DNA of 64,000 nt from a bacterium. Lineage in GTDB: Bacteria > Bacillota_I > Bacilli_A > RFN20 > CAG-826. The notes beneath the pieces are model-generated. The model did not search any database, was not told the DNA's origin, and worked only from the letters and a program-made list of their open reading frames with translations. Both the position numbers and the translations under genes were made by a program. Each line of letters starts with the position of its first letter. The stretch's first letter is position 1. The stretch spans positions 8,445-72,444 of the forward strand of contig JAQXNS010000077.1 in assembly GCA_029098125.1 (NCBI GenBank), read 5' to 3'. This document shows, piece after piece, positions 38,731 through 48,207 of the stretch.

Positions 38731-39705
38731 TTAATGGAATCTTGCGTATTGATCTTTAATTTTTTCGTGTGATTCATGAGAACGAATGCAATCAGCAATC
38801 ATTTCCGCAATTGATATAACTGTTATTTTTGAACTTCCTTTAAATTCAGGATGTTCAATTGTATCAGTGACTACGACTTCTTTAATGTAATCTGCATTTT
38901 CAAATTTTTCTAGTGCATTACCATTAAATAAAGCGTGTGAGCAACAGATAATAACTTCTTTTGCACCTCTTTCCATCAATACTTTAGCACCAGCACAAAT
39001 AGTTCCGCCCGTATCAATGATATCATCAACCATGATGCAAGTTTTGCCTTCAATATCACCAACAACGTTCGTAATTTCAGCAACATTTGGTTTTGGTCTA
39101 CGTTTATCAATAACAACAATTGATGTATGAGGAATGAAATTAGATAAATCTCTTGCTCTATGTAAAGCACCATGATCAGGCGCAACAATAGCTAAATTAT
39201 GAGTAATATTTAATTTAGAAGTATCATATTTTTTATTAATATACTTCGCAAATAGATATGATGGGGATAAATTATCAACAGGAACACCGAAAAAACCTTG
39301 GATTTGAGGAGTATGTAGTTCAACTGTTAATACCCTTTTTACGCCGACATTAGTAAATAAATCGGCAACAAGTTTAGCACTAATAGGTTCATTAATATGA
39401 GCAATTCGATCTTGTCTAGCATAGCCATAGTAAGGCATAATGACTGTAACTTCTCTGCAATTTGCTCTTTTAACACCATCGATAAAAATAAGAGTTTCCA
39501 TAATTCTGTCGTTAACAGGTTTAGAAGTAGACTGAATAATGTAAACTTTTTTGCCCCTCACATCTTCTAACGAAGTGGCTAAACACTCTCCGTCAGCAAA
39601 ATGGTGGACTTCACTTTTACTCGCTTCAATTCCAAGAATTTGACATACTTTGTTAGTAAGTTCAACGTTTGAAGTTAAAGAGAATACTAAAATATCTTTA
39701 ATCAT
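38731..39705 (-). CDS. prs: Ribose-phosphate pyrophosphokinase
   Basis: MPYYGYARQDR and the VDDIIDTGGT PRPP-binding motif. Confidence 0.95.
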   Translation of the reverse strand: MIKDILVFSLTSNVELTNKVCQILGIEASKSEVHHFADGECLATSLEDVRGKKVYIIQSTSKPVNDRIMETLIFIDGVKRANCREVTVIMPYYGYARQDRIAHINEPISAKLVADLFTNVGVKRVLTVELHTPQIQGFFGVPVDNLSPSYLFAKYINKKYDTSKLNITHNLAIVAPDHGALHRARDLSNFIPHTSIVVIDKRRPKPNVAEITNVVGDIEGKTCIMVDDIIDTGGTICAGAKVLMERGAKEVIICCSHALFNGNALEKFENADYIKEVVVTDTIEHPEFKGSSKITVISIAEMIADCIRSHESHEKIKDQYARFH

Positions 39706-39769
39706 GAGTCGCTCCTTAATTGCTATATAATATTATCACGTTTAGAACGAAATAAAAATACAACCATAA

Positions 39770-40789
39770 TTATCTAGTGGATTTATCGTAAGGTTTTCCT
39801 TCAGCCTTTGGTGCTCTGGATTTTTTAGAAAATATAATAAGAGTTATAAAAGCTAAGAGGTAAGGCAAGCAATAATAGAATGCTCTTGTAGCGAAAATTG
39901 TATTTTTGAGGGCTGGAATTGGGTGAATTCCAATTTGAGCTGTAAATGTTGGAGCAAAAGCAAAGAAGAAAGCAAAGAATGTAGAACCAAGCATAATAGT
40001 TCTTGTTTTCCAGTTTCCTAAAATTTCAATTGCAATAACAAGGAAGCCAAAACCTAAAGCATTTATGTTCCACATACCAAGTGGTAAATTCGAGAAAATT
40101 ATAAAGCCACCGAGACCTGCAGCACTTGATCCAATAGCTGTACCAATGTATCTCATTCTATAAACATTGATACCGACACTATCAGCAGCACCTGGATTTT
40201 CTCCACATGCTCTTAGTCTTAGTCCAAATCTCATTTTATCCATTACAACCATGAGAATTATAATTGCAATAATTCCAACAATAATTGAATAATTCAAGCC
40301 AGAGAAAGCATTATCAATAAAATCATTTCCAGTGTTAATGCTTAGACTCACTTGAGGGAATATCGAGCTAGTTTTAACTTCGTTATTCTCTTTTCCAGTA
40401 ATAAAGGTATTAACAATTGTACAAACCGCAACTGCAACGATGTTTAATGCAGTACCAACAATTGTTTGATCTGCCTTTAATTTGATCGAAACAAAACTTA
40501 ACAAGAATGAAAAAAGTATAGAAATCAATATTGCAACGAGAGATCCAAGAATATATAAAATTGCAACACCACCAAGCGTTGTAGTCAACCAAGTATTTGC
40601 AGCAGCATCTGCCATAATTTGAAGGAACATAATGCCGCTAAAAGCGCCAACAACCATTGAACCTTCAAGTGCAATGTTGATAATTCCTGAACATTCAGAA
40701 TACATTCCACCAAATGAACCAAGAATAAAACCTACAACATAAATAATAAAATAATTAACAAAATTTCCAATTGAAGAAGGTGAAAACAT
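39770..40789 (-). CDS. Nucleoside/sugar ABC transporter permease (NupQ/RnsD-like)
   Basis: Multi-TM BPD-2 type permease, the last gene of the BMP-ABC operon. Confidence 0.8.
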   Translation of the reverse strand: MFSPSSIGNFVNYFIIYVVGFILGSFGGMYSECSGIINIALEGSMVVGAFSGIMFLQIMADAAANTWLTTTLGGVAILYILGSLVAILISILFSFLLSFVSIKLKADQTIVGTALNIVAVAVCTIVNTFITGKENNEVKTSSIFPQVSLSINTGNDFIDNAFSGLNYSIIVGIIAIIILMVVMDKMRFGLRLRACGENPGAADSVGINVYRMRYIGTAIGSSAAGLGGFIIFSNLPLGMWNINALGFGFLVIAIEILGNWKTRTIMLGSTFFAFFFAFAPTFTAQIGIHPIPALKNTIFATRAFYYCLPYLLAFITLIIFSKKSRAPKAEGKPYDKSTR

Positions 40790-40790
40790 A

Positions 40791-41963
40791 TTAACGACCC
40801 TCCATTTCAGTTAAATCTTTATCTCTTGAAAAATTTTCAAGTATTTTTCTATTTCCTTTTCTTAAAAGGAGGCCCATAAATGATGAGAATGAAGCTGTAT
40901 AAATAATAATTGCATTGATTAATTCGGTGTAATGAAGATTATAAGTTGCTGAAGCACTTTTTAATGATGGGGAAGCTGCTTCAATATAATTTAAGAAAAT
41001 TGCAGATATTATACATCCAATAGGACTGTTTTGTGCGATAAGCGAAACACTAATTCCGTCAAATCCAGTTCCAAGGAGTGAATTTGAATCGCTACTATAA
41101 ATAAATTTTAATGGGTAATATGGGTTTGCATAAATGATGTATCCACCAATTCCAGCACATGCGCCTGCAATACAAAGAGCTAAAATAATACTTTTTGTTT
41201 GGTTGACGCCACAATATTTTGCCGCATCTCTATTTAATCCACTCATTTTTAATTCAAAACCAAAAACTGTATAATTCAAAACAACTTGTAAAGTAATAAT
41301 AATTACAATTGCAACGATTATTCCAATATTCATACCAGGTAAAACGCTTGATAATCCCATATCTGGTAATAAAGCATTTCCACTTAAGACCCTAAAATAA
41401 CTTGGCTCTAACTTATCAATGAATGATTTGTTATTAAAAACTGTTTTTCCAAGTATGCCAATCACATAATAAAGTATCCAGTTAAGCATGATTCCAGAAA
41501 GAACTTCATTAACATTAAATTTTGCTTTTAAAATTCCAATGATCATACCGGCTAACATCCCTGCAATTCCTGCAAAAATTATGCAAATATACCAAGGAAT
41601 ACCGCTAAGACCACATACGACCCCAACAAAAGCACCAAATGTTACTTGCCCAGTAACACCGATATTAAATAAGCCTAGTTTAAAACAGAATGCAATTGCA
41701 ACGCCAGCTAACATGGTTGGTACTGAATTATATAAAACATATGCAATTTGATTATTGTTTGAAAAACCAGAACTAAGCAATGCTCCTAAGCCTTTCAAAG
41801 CTGCTCCTGGATCAAGAGCAACCATCAAAATAAAACCAAATAGAATTCCGATAAAAATACAAATAAAACTTGAGAAGAAATTTATCGTACCTGTTTTTCC
41901 GAAAAATTCTATTATTGATTGAGATAGCTTTGGTATTTTTTTATCATTTTCGACAAACTTCAT
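40791..41963 (-). CDS. Nucleoside/sugar ABC transporter permease (NupP/RnsC-like)
   Basis: Multi-TM permease, 1-nt gap to the next permease gene. Confidence 0.8.
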   Translation of the reverse strand: MKFVENDKKIPKLSQSIIEFFGKTGTINFFSSFICIFIGILFGFILMVALDPGAALKGLGALLSSGFSNNNQIAYVLYNSVPTMLAGVAIAFCFKLGLFNIGVTGQVTFGAFVGVVCGLSGIPWYICIIFAGIAGMLAGMIIGILKAKFNVNEVLSGIMLNWILYYVIGILGKTVFNNKSFIDKLEPSYFRVLSGNALLPDMGLSSVLPGMNIGIIVAIVIIITLQVVLNYTVFGFELKMSGLNRDAAKYCGVNQTKSIILALCIAGACAGIGGYIIYANPYYPLKFIYSSDSNSLLGTGFDGISVSLIAQNSPIGCIISAIFLNYIEAASPSLKSASATYNLHYTELINAIIIYTASFSSFMGLLLRKGNRKILENFSRDKDLTEMEGR

Positions 41964-41966
41964 AAA

Positions 41967-43880
41967 TTAATCCCTCTCAATTTCTTCTTTTGACATGCGT
42001 TTTGCACCACTCATATAAAGGCCAATTTCATTAACATTAGTTTCTTTTGGATTGAGTTTTGCAACTATTTCACCATTAAACATAACAAAAATAACATCAG
42101 ATAAATTCATAACTTCGTCAAGTTCAAGTGAAACTAAAAGAACAGCACGATCATCATCTCTTGCTGCAATTAAATTCTTATGAACGTTTTCAATTGCACC
42201 AACATCAAGACCCCTAGTAGGTTGAACAGCAATTAATAGAGGTGTAGATCTATCAATTTCCCTACCTAAAATTGCTTTTTGTTGGTTTCCGCCACTCATA
42301 CTTCTAACTGTTGAATAAATACCCTCACCACTTCTAATATCAAAAGTTGAAAGCAATGATTCTGAATATTCCTCTTTATTTTTTTCAAGAGTAAAATGAC
42401 ATCTTTCGTATCTAGGTTCAAAGTAGCGTTGTAAAACAAGATTGTCTTTTAGCGAAAAATCTAAAACAAGGCCATGTTTATGTCTATCTTCAGGAATATG
42501 CGCAATACCCGCCATATTTCTGAATCTTACTGATAAATTTTCTAAATGAACATCAAGGTGTTCAGGTAAATTATCATAGTATGAATAAAATTTAGGAGTG
42601 ACATATGAATAAGGAATATAGACTTTTTTAGCGCGGAACTCAGGTTTAACAAATGGATAATTAACTTTATCTTTTCTAAACAAATATGAAATACCATTTT
42701 TTATATATTTGAGGCAGACAACTATATATTCAAAACCATGTCTAATTAATCTTCCGGCGTTCACGAATGAAAAAGCTATGGCGTTGGTTGCATATTTAAT
42801 TATGGCTTTTGTATTAAACCAGAAAATGTATGAATTTTTATAAAAATCTGCTTTTTTTGAACCTTGCTCAATATGCCTTTCATGTATATATAGATTTTGA
42901 TAGTATAAACGATCGACATCATGAAGAATAATTTCCCCTTCTTTAACATCGCTTATACCAGTAATTCCATAAATTAAATCAGTTTGACCATTACCTTCAA
43001 TACCAGCAATGCACACAATTTGACCTTTTTTAACTTTAAAAGAAACATTTTTAACAACATCTTTTTTCTTCTCTTCATTATATATAGTCAAATTTTTGAC
43101 AGTTAAAACTGATGAACCAGGAGTATGCTCATCTTTATGAGTAACAAGTTCAACATCACGACCGACCATAAGTCTTGATAATTCTTCAACGTTAGTGTCC
43201 TTAACTTCAAGAGTTTTGACTAATTTTCCTTTTCTTAAAACAGAAACTCTATCTGCAACTTCCATTATTTCGTTAAGTTTGTGAGAAATAAATAAAATAG
43301 ATTTACCTTCCTTTACTAATTCTTTCATAGAATTCATCAAATCAGTAATTTCTTGAGGAGTTAAAACAGCGGTTGGCTCATCAAAAATCAAAATGTTATT
43401 TTCTCTATAAAGCATTTTAAGAATTTCGACTTTTTGTTGGTCGCCAACGGACATATTTTCTATTTTTTCGTCGATATTGATGTTAAATTTGTATTTTTTG
43501 CAAAGGTCAATAATAGAATCTCTAACTTTTTTTGGTTGTAAAAATCCAAATTTTGTAGGTTCAAAACCTAAAATTATATTTTGTAAGGCTGTATAACATT
43601 CAACAAGTTTAAAATGTTGATGAACCATACCAATTCCAAATTTTGTAGCATCGTTTGGATTTTTGACTTCATTTCTTTCGCCGTTAATTAAAATTTCGCC
43701 TTCATCTGGTGTGTATAAACCAAATAAAATAGACATTAATGTGGATTTTCCAGCACCGTTTTCACCCAATAAGGCGTGAATTTCGCCATATTTTAAATCT
43801 AAAGAGATATCATCATTCGCTTTAATACCAGGAAATGATTTTGTGATATGTCTCATTTCAATTGCGTAATTGTTTTCCAT
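41967..43880 (-). CDS. Tandem-NBD ABC ATPase (NupO/RnsB/RbsA-like) with a large insertion in NBD2
   Basis: GENGAGKST and SVGDQQKVEI in NBD1; GIEGNGQTDL, IPEDRHKHGL and MSGGNQQKAI in NBD2. About 125 extra aromatic/basic residues lie between the NBD2 Walker A region and IPEDR. Confidence 0.85.
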   Translation of the reverse strand: MENNYAIEMRHITKSFPGIKANDDISLDLKYGEIHALLGENGAGKSTLMSILFGLYTPDEGEILINGERNEVKNPNDATKFGIGMVHQHFKLVECYTALQNIILGFEPTKFGFLQPKKVRDSIIDLCKKYKFNINIDEKIENMSVGDQQKVEILKMLYRENNILIFDEPTAVLTPQEITDLMNSMKELVKEGKSILFISHKLNEIMEVADRVSVLRKGKLVKTLEVKDTNVEELSRLMVGRDVELVTHKDEHTPGSSVLTVKNLTIYNEEKKKDVVKNVSFKVKKGQIVCIAGIEGNGQTDLIYGITGISDVKEGEIILHDVDRLYYQNLYIHERHIEQGSKKADFYKNSYIFWFNTKAIIKYATNAIAFSFVNAGRLIRHGFEYIVVCLKYIKNGISYLFRKDKVNYPFVKPEFRAKKVYIPYSYVTPKFYSYYDNLPEHLDVHLENLSVRFRNMAGIAHIPEDRHKHGLVLDFSLKDNLVLQRYFEPRYERCHFTLEKNKEEYSESLLSTFDIRSGEGIYSTVRSMSGGNQQKAILGREIDRSTPLLIAVQPTRGLDVGAIENVHKNLIAARDDDRAVLLVSLELDEVMNLSDVIFVMFNGEIVAKLNPKETNVNEIGLYMSGAKRMSKEEIERD

Positions 43881-43899
43881 TATTGTTCCGCCTTTTAAA

Positions 43900-43927
43900 A
43901 TATGCTGTGAGAAAACTCACAGCATAT
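43900..43927 (-). terminator. Intra-operon hairpin between the BMP lipoprotein gene and the ABC ATPase gene
   Basis: ATATGCTGTGAG-TTTT-CTCACAGCATAT (12-bp stem) followed by TTTTAAAA on the minus strand. Confidence 0.6.
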
Positions 43928-43949
43928 GAAGAAATATTATTTTATTAAA

Positions 43950-45248
43950 TTATTCGATGTAATTGACTGTACAATATTCAGGATTAACACCAAAGTTAGC
44001 ATCTTTTAATGCAGTATTATCTGAATTTGAGTTAACTTTAACTGAACCATCTTTTAAACTTGCATAAAGTGTATTGTATTCTTCGACAGTCCAATTTTTA
44101 AATCCCCAGCAGCCTGTATCATCATCTGCTTCTGGTGTAGGAAGTTTGCACATTTCTGAAGCAGCACCAACTGTAACAACTTTACTAGCATAATCGCTAA
44201 TCCAAGTTTTGTTATTATCAACATAAGAAGTTAACATAACTTCAACACTGAATTGTAAGTTTTTCATTGCTGATGTTAATAATTGTTTGCCAGCTTCTCC
44301 TAATGATGTATCAGCGTGTTGGTTAACGTCAACACCAATCCATTTCTTGTCTGCTTTTCCAGCTGCAGCTTCTGTGACTGAGTTGAAAACAGCACCGCCA
44401 CAAGCAAAGATTACTTCTGTACCATTGTTATACCATGTCTTTGCGTTTGTTGTTGCTTCTGGAGTAGCTTCAAATTTACCAGCATAATAGTAATTGATTT
44501 CAACAGGTGAAGTAACTTTTAATTCTTCAGCAGCTTTTGCAGCACCTTGAACATAACCAGCACCATATCTAACAACTGCTGGAACAGCCATACCACCGAC
44601 AAATCCTAATTTTGTATAGCCATCTTTAACGGCACCATAACCAGCTAAGAAGCCAGCTTGTTCTTCTCTATAAATAACTGATGTAACATTTTCTGTATAT
44701 TCATATGGTTTATAATTGTCATCTTCTTTGACACAGTCTAAAGCAAGGATGTGAACATTTTTGAAGGCATCATCAGCAATAGCTTCTTTAATAGCACCTT
44801 GGAATAAGAAACCAGGTAAAACTAAAACATTTGCACCAAATTCTTCAACAGCTGATTTCATAGCTGCAAGTCTTGTAGGTGTTGTAAATTCACCTGATGG
44901 TTGATAATATCTTGTATGAATTTTTCCTGTACTAACTGCTTTATTAACGATTTCCCCACCACCATTTTTAACTGCAAATTCATTAACTCCTTTCCATGAT
45001 GCTTCGTTAAATGAGTGATCATCAAGAGTACCGCTATCTGTAACTAAAGCAATTTTGAGTGGGTTTGATTCTGTGTAAGCATCTAATGCACCTGCATTAA
45101 CAGTATCTTTAACACCGATTTCTGTTTCTGAGAGATATGTTTTTTCAACATTTTGCCAATCAATAATTTCAGTTGTGCTTCCACCACAAGCAGATAAAAC
45201 AGCAACGAGAGCGAGTGCACTAGCACGTAAGATTTTTGTGTTTTTCAT
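43950..45248 (-). CDS. BMP-family (basic membrane protein) nucleoside-binding lipoprotein
   Basis: Lipobox LSAC, with LVTDSGTLDDHSFNE and GFVGGM patterns of the Bmp/PnrA/NupN family. AGGAGG SD. Confidence 0.85.
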   Translation of the reverse strand: MKNTKILRASALALVAVLSACGGSTTEIIDWQNVEKTYLSETEIGVKDTVNAGALDAYTESNPLKIALVTDSGTLDDHSFNEASWKGVNEFAVKNGGGEIVNKAVSTGKIHTRYYQPSGEFTTPTRLAAMKSAVEEFGANVLVLPGFLFQGAIKEAIADDAFKNVHILALDCVKEDDNYKPYEYTENVTSVIYREEQAGFLAGYGAVKDGYTKLGFVGGMAVPAVVRYGAGYVQGAAKAAEELKVTSPVEINYYYAGKFEATPEATTNAKTWYNNGTEVIFACGGAVFNSVTEAAAGKADKKWIGVDVNQHADTSLGEAGKQLLTSAMKNLQFSVEVMLTSYVDNNKTWISDYASKVVTVGAASEMCKLPTPEADDDTGCWGFKNWTVEEYNTLYASLKDGSVKVNSNSDNTALKDANFGVNPEYCTVNYIE

Positions 45249-45340
45249 ATAAATTATTAATCCTCCTATAGAAAAACAAATAAATAATGATAAATCCCCA
45301 AGAATAATGCAGTTTCAAGATGAACACCGAAGTTCTTACG

Positions 45341-45405
45341 ATTAATGTAGTCCTTAATTGGCTAAGGGTAGAAACGTATCACCAATATTGATACATATAC
45401 ATTAA
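45341..45405 (-). promoter_or_regulatory. Purine riboswitch aptamer, guanine-type (C at the specificity position)
   Basis: Minus-strand RNA: UUAAUGUA-UAU-GUAUCA-AUAUUGG-UGAUAC-GUUUCUAC-CCUUA-GCCAAU-UAAGG-AC-UACAUUAA. It has P1/P2/P3, the conserved J2/3 GUUUCUAC, L2 GG with L3 CC for the loop-loop kiss, and J3/1 AC. Confidence 0.8.
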
Positions 45406-45565
45406 ATCCCATGGATTTATTAAAAAATTTATATAACTTTTATATTCAAATTAGAATTAATTTATTATTAAATTAAAAAACGTATTTTAAATATATTAAT
45501 ATTAATAAAATTATATATAAATTGGATATTAAATTTGTTATTATAATAATTCTCGGATAAGAAAA

Positions 45566-47203
45566 TTACTCAAAAATAATCTTTGTTTTCATTGTTTTTT
45601 GATTATCAAAAAGCACTTTTTCTCTATTACCATTTAGAAAATATGGATAATAATTTTTAATATCAAAAACGTCACCACTATAAAATAAATAGTCTTCATT
45701 GATTTTCATAAGCGAAGAAGATACAGAATAATCATCGTTTATTTGTTTTTTTATGTATAAAGAAGAATATTGATTAATTTGTTCTGTTTTTTTAGCGATT
45801 AAAGTTAATTCATTTAATGCATTTATGTTGTAAGGAAAATTTGAGCTTAGACCATATGTTTTCATATATTGAGTTTCTGAGTTTGGCGAAATTGTACTTG
45901 TAGTATTTTTAATACATTTTAAAAGATACGAATTTGTATCTAAAAGATTATAAAAAGAATTAGTTGCTGAATTAGAAACCTCAAAAAGTCTATTATCAAC
46001 ATGATAAATTCTATAACCACTTTTTTGAATGAAGTAATCTTCAACAAATCCAATATTTTTATTCCCATAAGTCATGTCATGCTTAATTAGATCGTTATCA
46101 AAATCAAAATAATCAATTATAAGATATTCGTTAAAAGGATTAAAAACGTATTTATCACCTTTCCTTTTAATAATAGTATCGTCATCTAAAACTACGACTG
46201 GAGAATTTGATGTTAAAAGTTCATTTTCATTAATTGTTGCTTCTCCATAAACAATATATGGTTTTGTCCAGCCCATAATCATTTTTGAATAGTACTCAAA
46301 ATCGAACAAACTTGAATCCATCATGCTTAAATATGTTGTAGGAGAAGAGTCCTTGGCGTAATCATAATAATCTTCAAGTCCAAATTGATGCCCAAGTTCA
46401 TGAATATATGTTCTTGCATCTAATTTGAGCTCACTATTTTCACCTTTTTCCATAAAATCATAACTAGCAAAACTAAAAGTAGAAAAGTTTAGTTGATTAT
46501 CACTTAAAGTTGGAAAATCTTTTGTATAAGTAAATGCCCAAAAAACATCATTAATAGATGAATCTCTTTGGTAATTATGAACATCATAAATAAAAAATAA
46601 CGAATCAATAAAGCCATCGCCATCTTGATCAAAATCATTTTTTGATGGTTTTTCATTCTTAATTGTTATGTTTTTTAATACATTTGAGCACAAACGAACA
46701 ACGTCATCTTTGTTTTTAATAGTATTTGATGAAACATTTGTATCGTAATAATCGCTTAAAACAATATCGAAATTCACATTATTAAAAGATGATTTTTGAT
46801 AATAAGTTTTAACACTTTCATATCCAGTAGTTTTTTCATCGCCATTAAATACTGCTTCAATGTTGTTTTTAAGAGCTATTTTTTCGTAAGCATTCGTCAC
46901 TTCTTTTGAATCTTTAAAATGAAGCGGAACAACAAGCATTTTTGGATTGCGATTTTCGCTTGATATTAAGTTTCTTTTAAGCAAATGTTTATCGCTTTTA
47001 TATAAAGAAGACAAAGTAAATTCTAGCTCTACACTTTCTGGCTTTATTACTGCGCCTGATGTTTCTTTGTTTTTTGAAATAAATAATTGCGCTTCCTCAT
47101 GTTTCACTTCAAAAAAATCAATGCTTGATGAACAAGCACTGAGTAAAAATGAAAATAGTATAGTAATCGGAACTATATTTTTAAAAATGAAATTTTTATT
47201 CAT
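45566..47203 (-). CDS. M6 (immune inhibitor A-like) metalloprotease-domain lipoprotein, third paralog
   Basis: Lipobox LSAC. Contains MLVVPLHF, SVKTYYQKSSFNNV, DGFIDSLFFIY and HELGHQFGLEDYY. Confidence 0.75.
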   Translation of the reverse strand: MNKNFIFKNIVPITILFSFLLSACSSSIDFFEVKHEEAQLFISKNKETSGAVIKPESVELEFTLSSLYKSDKHLLKRNLISSENRNPKMLVVPLHFKDSKEVTNAYEKIALKNNIEAVFNGDEKTTGYESVKTYYQKSSFNNVNFDIVLSDYYDTNVSSNTIKNKDDVVRLCSNVLKNITIKNEKPSKNDFDQDGDGFIDSLFFIYDVHNYQRDSSINDVFWAFTYTKDFPTLSDNQLNFSTFSFASYDFMEKGENSELKLDARTYIHELGHQFGLEDYYDYAKDSSPTTYLSMMDSSLFDFEYYSKMIMGWTKPYIVYGEATINENELLTSNSPVVVLDDDTIIKRKGDKYVFNPFNEYLIIDYFDFDNDLIKHDMTYGNKNIGFVEDYFIQKSGYRIYHVDNRLFEVSNSATNSFYNLLDTNSYLLKCIKNTTSTISPNSETQYMKTYGLSSNFPYNINALNELTLIAKKTEQINQYSSLYIKKQINDDYSVSSSLMKINEDYLFYSGDVFDIKNYYPYFLNGNREKVLFDNQKTMKTKIIFE

Positions 47204-48102
47204 TATTTATCAAAGAAATTAACTACATCCCTGTATACTTTAATATTTTCAACTTCATTTAAAATTTCATGACGCATATTATCATAAATAATTAAAGATG
47301 AATTTAGTCCGTGTTTTTTATACATTTTGTTTAATTGAACTAAACCTTTTGAAAAATTACCAACTGCATCATCTTTTCCACCAATAATCAAAATTGGCAA
47401 AGTCTTTGAAATTGATTTTATATTTTTTGTTTTTTGTATGCTGTTAAGACCTTTTAAAAATTCTTTATAAAATCCATTTGTTGGAAGATATCCGCTAAAT
47501 GGATCTTCATCATACTTTTTAACATTTTCAGCGTTGTATGAAATCCAGTCATTATTGCTTTTTGCATTTTTAACTGATTTTTCATATGCACCAATTGATA
47601 AAGCATGGACAAATCCAGCTTTTTTATTGTAATTTTTCTTGTTAATAAAACATTTTGTATATAAATATCCTAATTTTATTAATGGATTTCTTCCATTAGA
47701 CCCACACAAAACAACTTTATCAACGATTGTTGAATATTTTTCGATAAAACCTTGAGAAACGAAACTACCCATTGAATGAGCAAATAAATATACTTTTTTT
47801 GAATGTTTACCTTTTAAAAACAAAATATATTCTTTAATTGTTTCAATCATTTTTGAAAAATAATCGTGTCCAGGGTTACCAAGCTCACCATTTTTTCCAT
47901 TTCCTTGGCCATAATGATCAAGACAGTAAACACTGTATCCGTTTTCATTCAAAAATTTTGCAAAATCATCATATCTTGCACTATGTTCAGCCATGCCTGT
48001 AACAATTAAAACAATATTTTTTGGATTTTCAATTTCCCATGAATTGCCAAAAAGAACGTCATTGAACCTATTTTTGAAACTTATTTCTTTCATAATTGCC
48101 AT
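47203..48102 (-). CDS. Alpha/beta hydrolase (lysophospholipase/monoacylglycerol lipase-like)
   Basis: The AHSMGS nucleophile elbow and the C-terminal D...H arrangement. Its stop overlaps the M6 start (TAATG). Confidence 0.75.
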   Translation of the reverse strand: MAIMKEISFKNRFNDVLFGNSWEIENPKNIVLIVTGMAEHSARYDDFAKFLNENGYSVYCLDHYGQGNGKNGELGNPGHDYFSKMIETIKEYILFLKGKHSKKVYLFAHSMGSFVSQGFIEKYSTIVDKVVLCGSNGRNPLIKLGYLYTKCFINKKNYNKKAGFVHALSIGAYEKSVKNAKSNNDWISYNAENVKKYDEDPFSGYLPTNGFYKEFLKGLNSIQKTKNIKSISKTLPILIIGGKDDAVGNFSKGLVQLNKMYKKHGLNSSLIIYDNMRHEILNEVENIKVYRDVVNFFDK

Positions 48103-48207
48103 TTCCTTTTTGTATCTTTATTTTATAACTTTTTAGAATAAATGTATTGCAAAATAATTATAAAAAAATTAAAAGCAAAAAACTCAAAAATTAAGTACAA
48201 TTACACT

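Noticed and set aside
45404-45419. Palindrome TAAATCC-CAT-GGATTTA as terminator of the M6 lipoprotein gene
   Set aside because: The stem is short and AT-rich with a 3-nt loop and no U-tract, and it abuts P1 of the purine riboswitch. It is more likely part of the riboswitch transcript 5' region or fortuitous.
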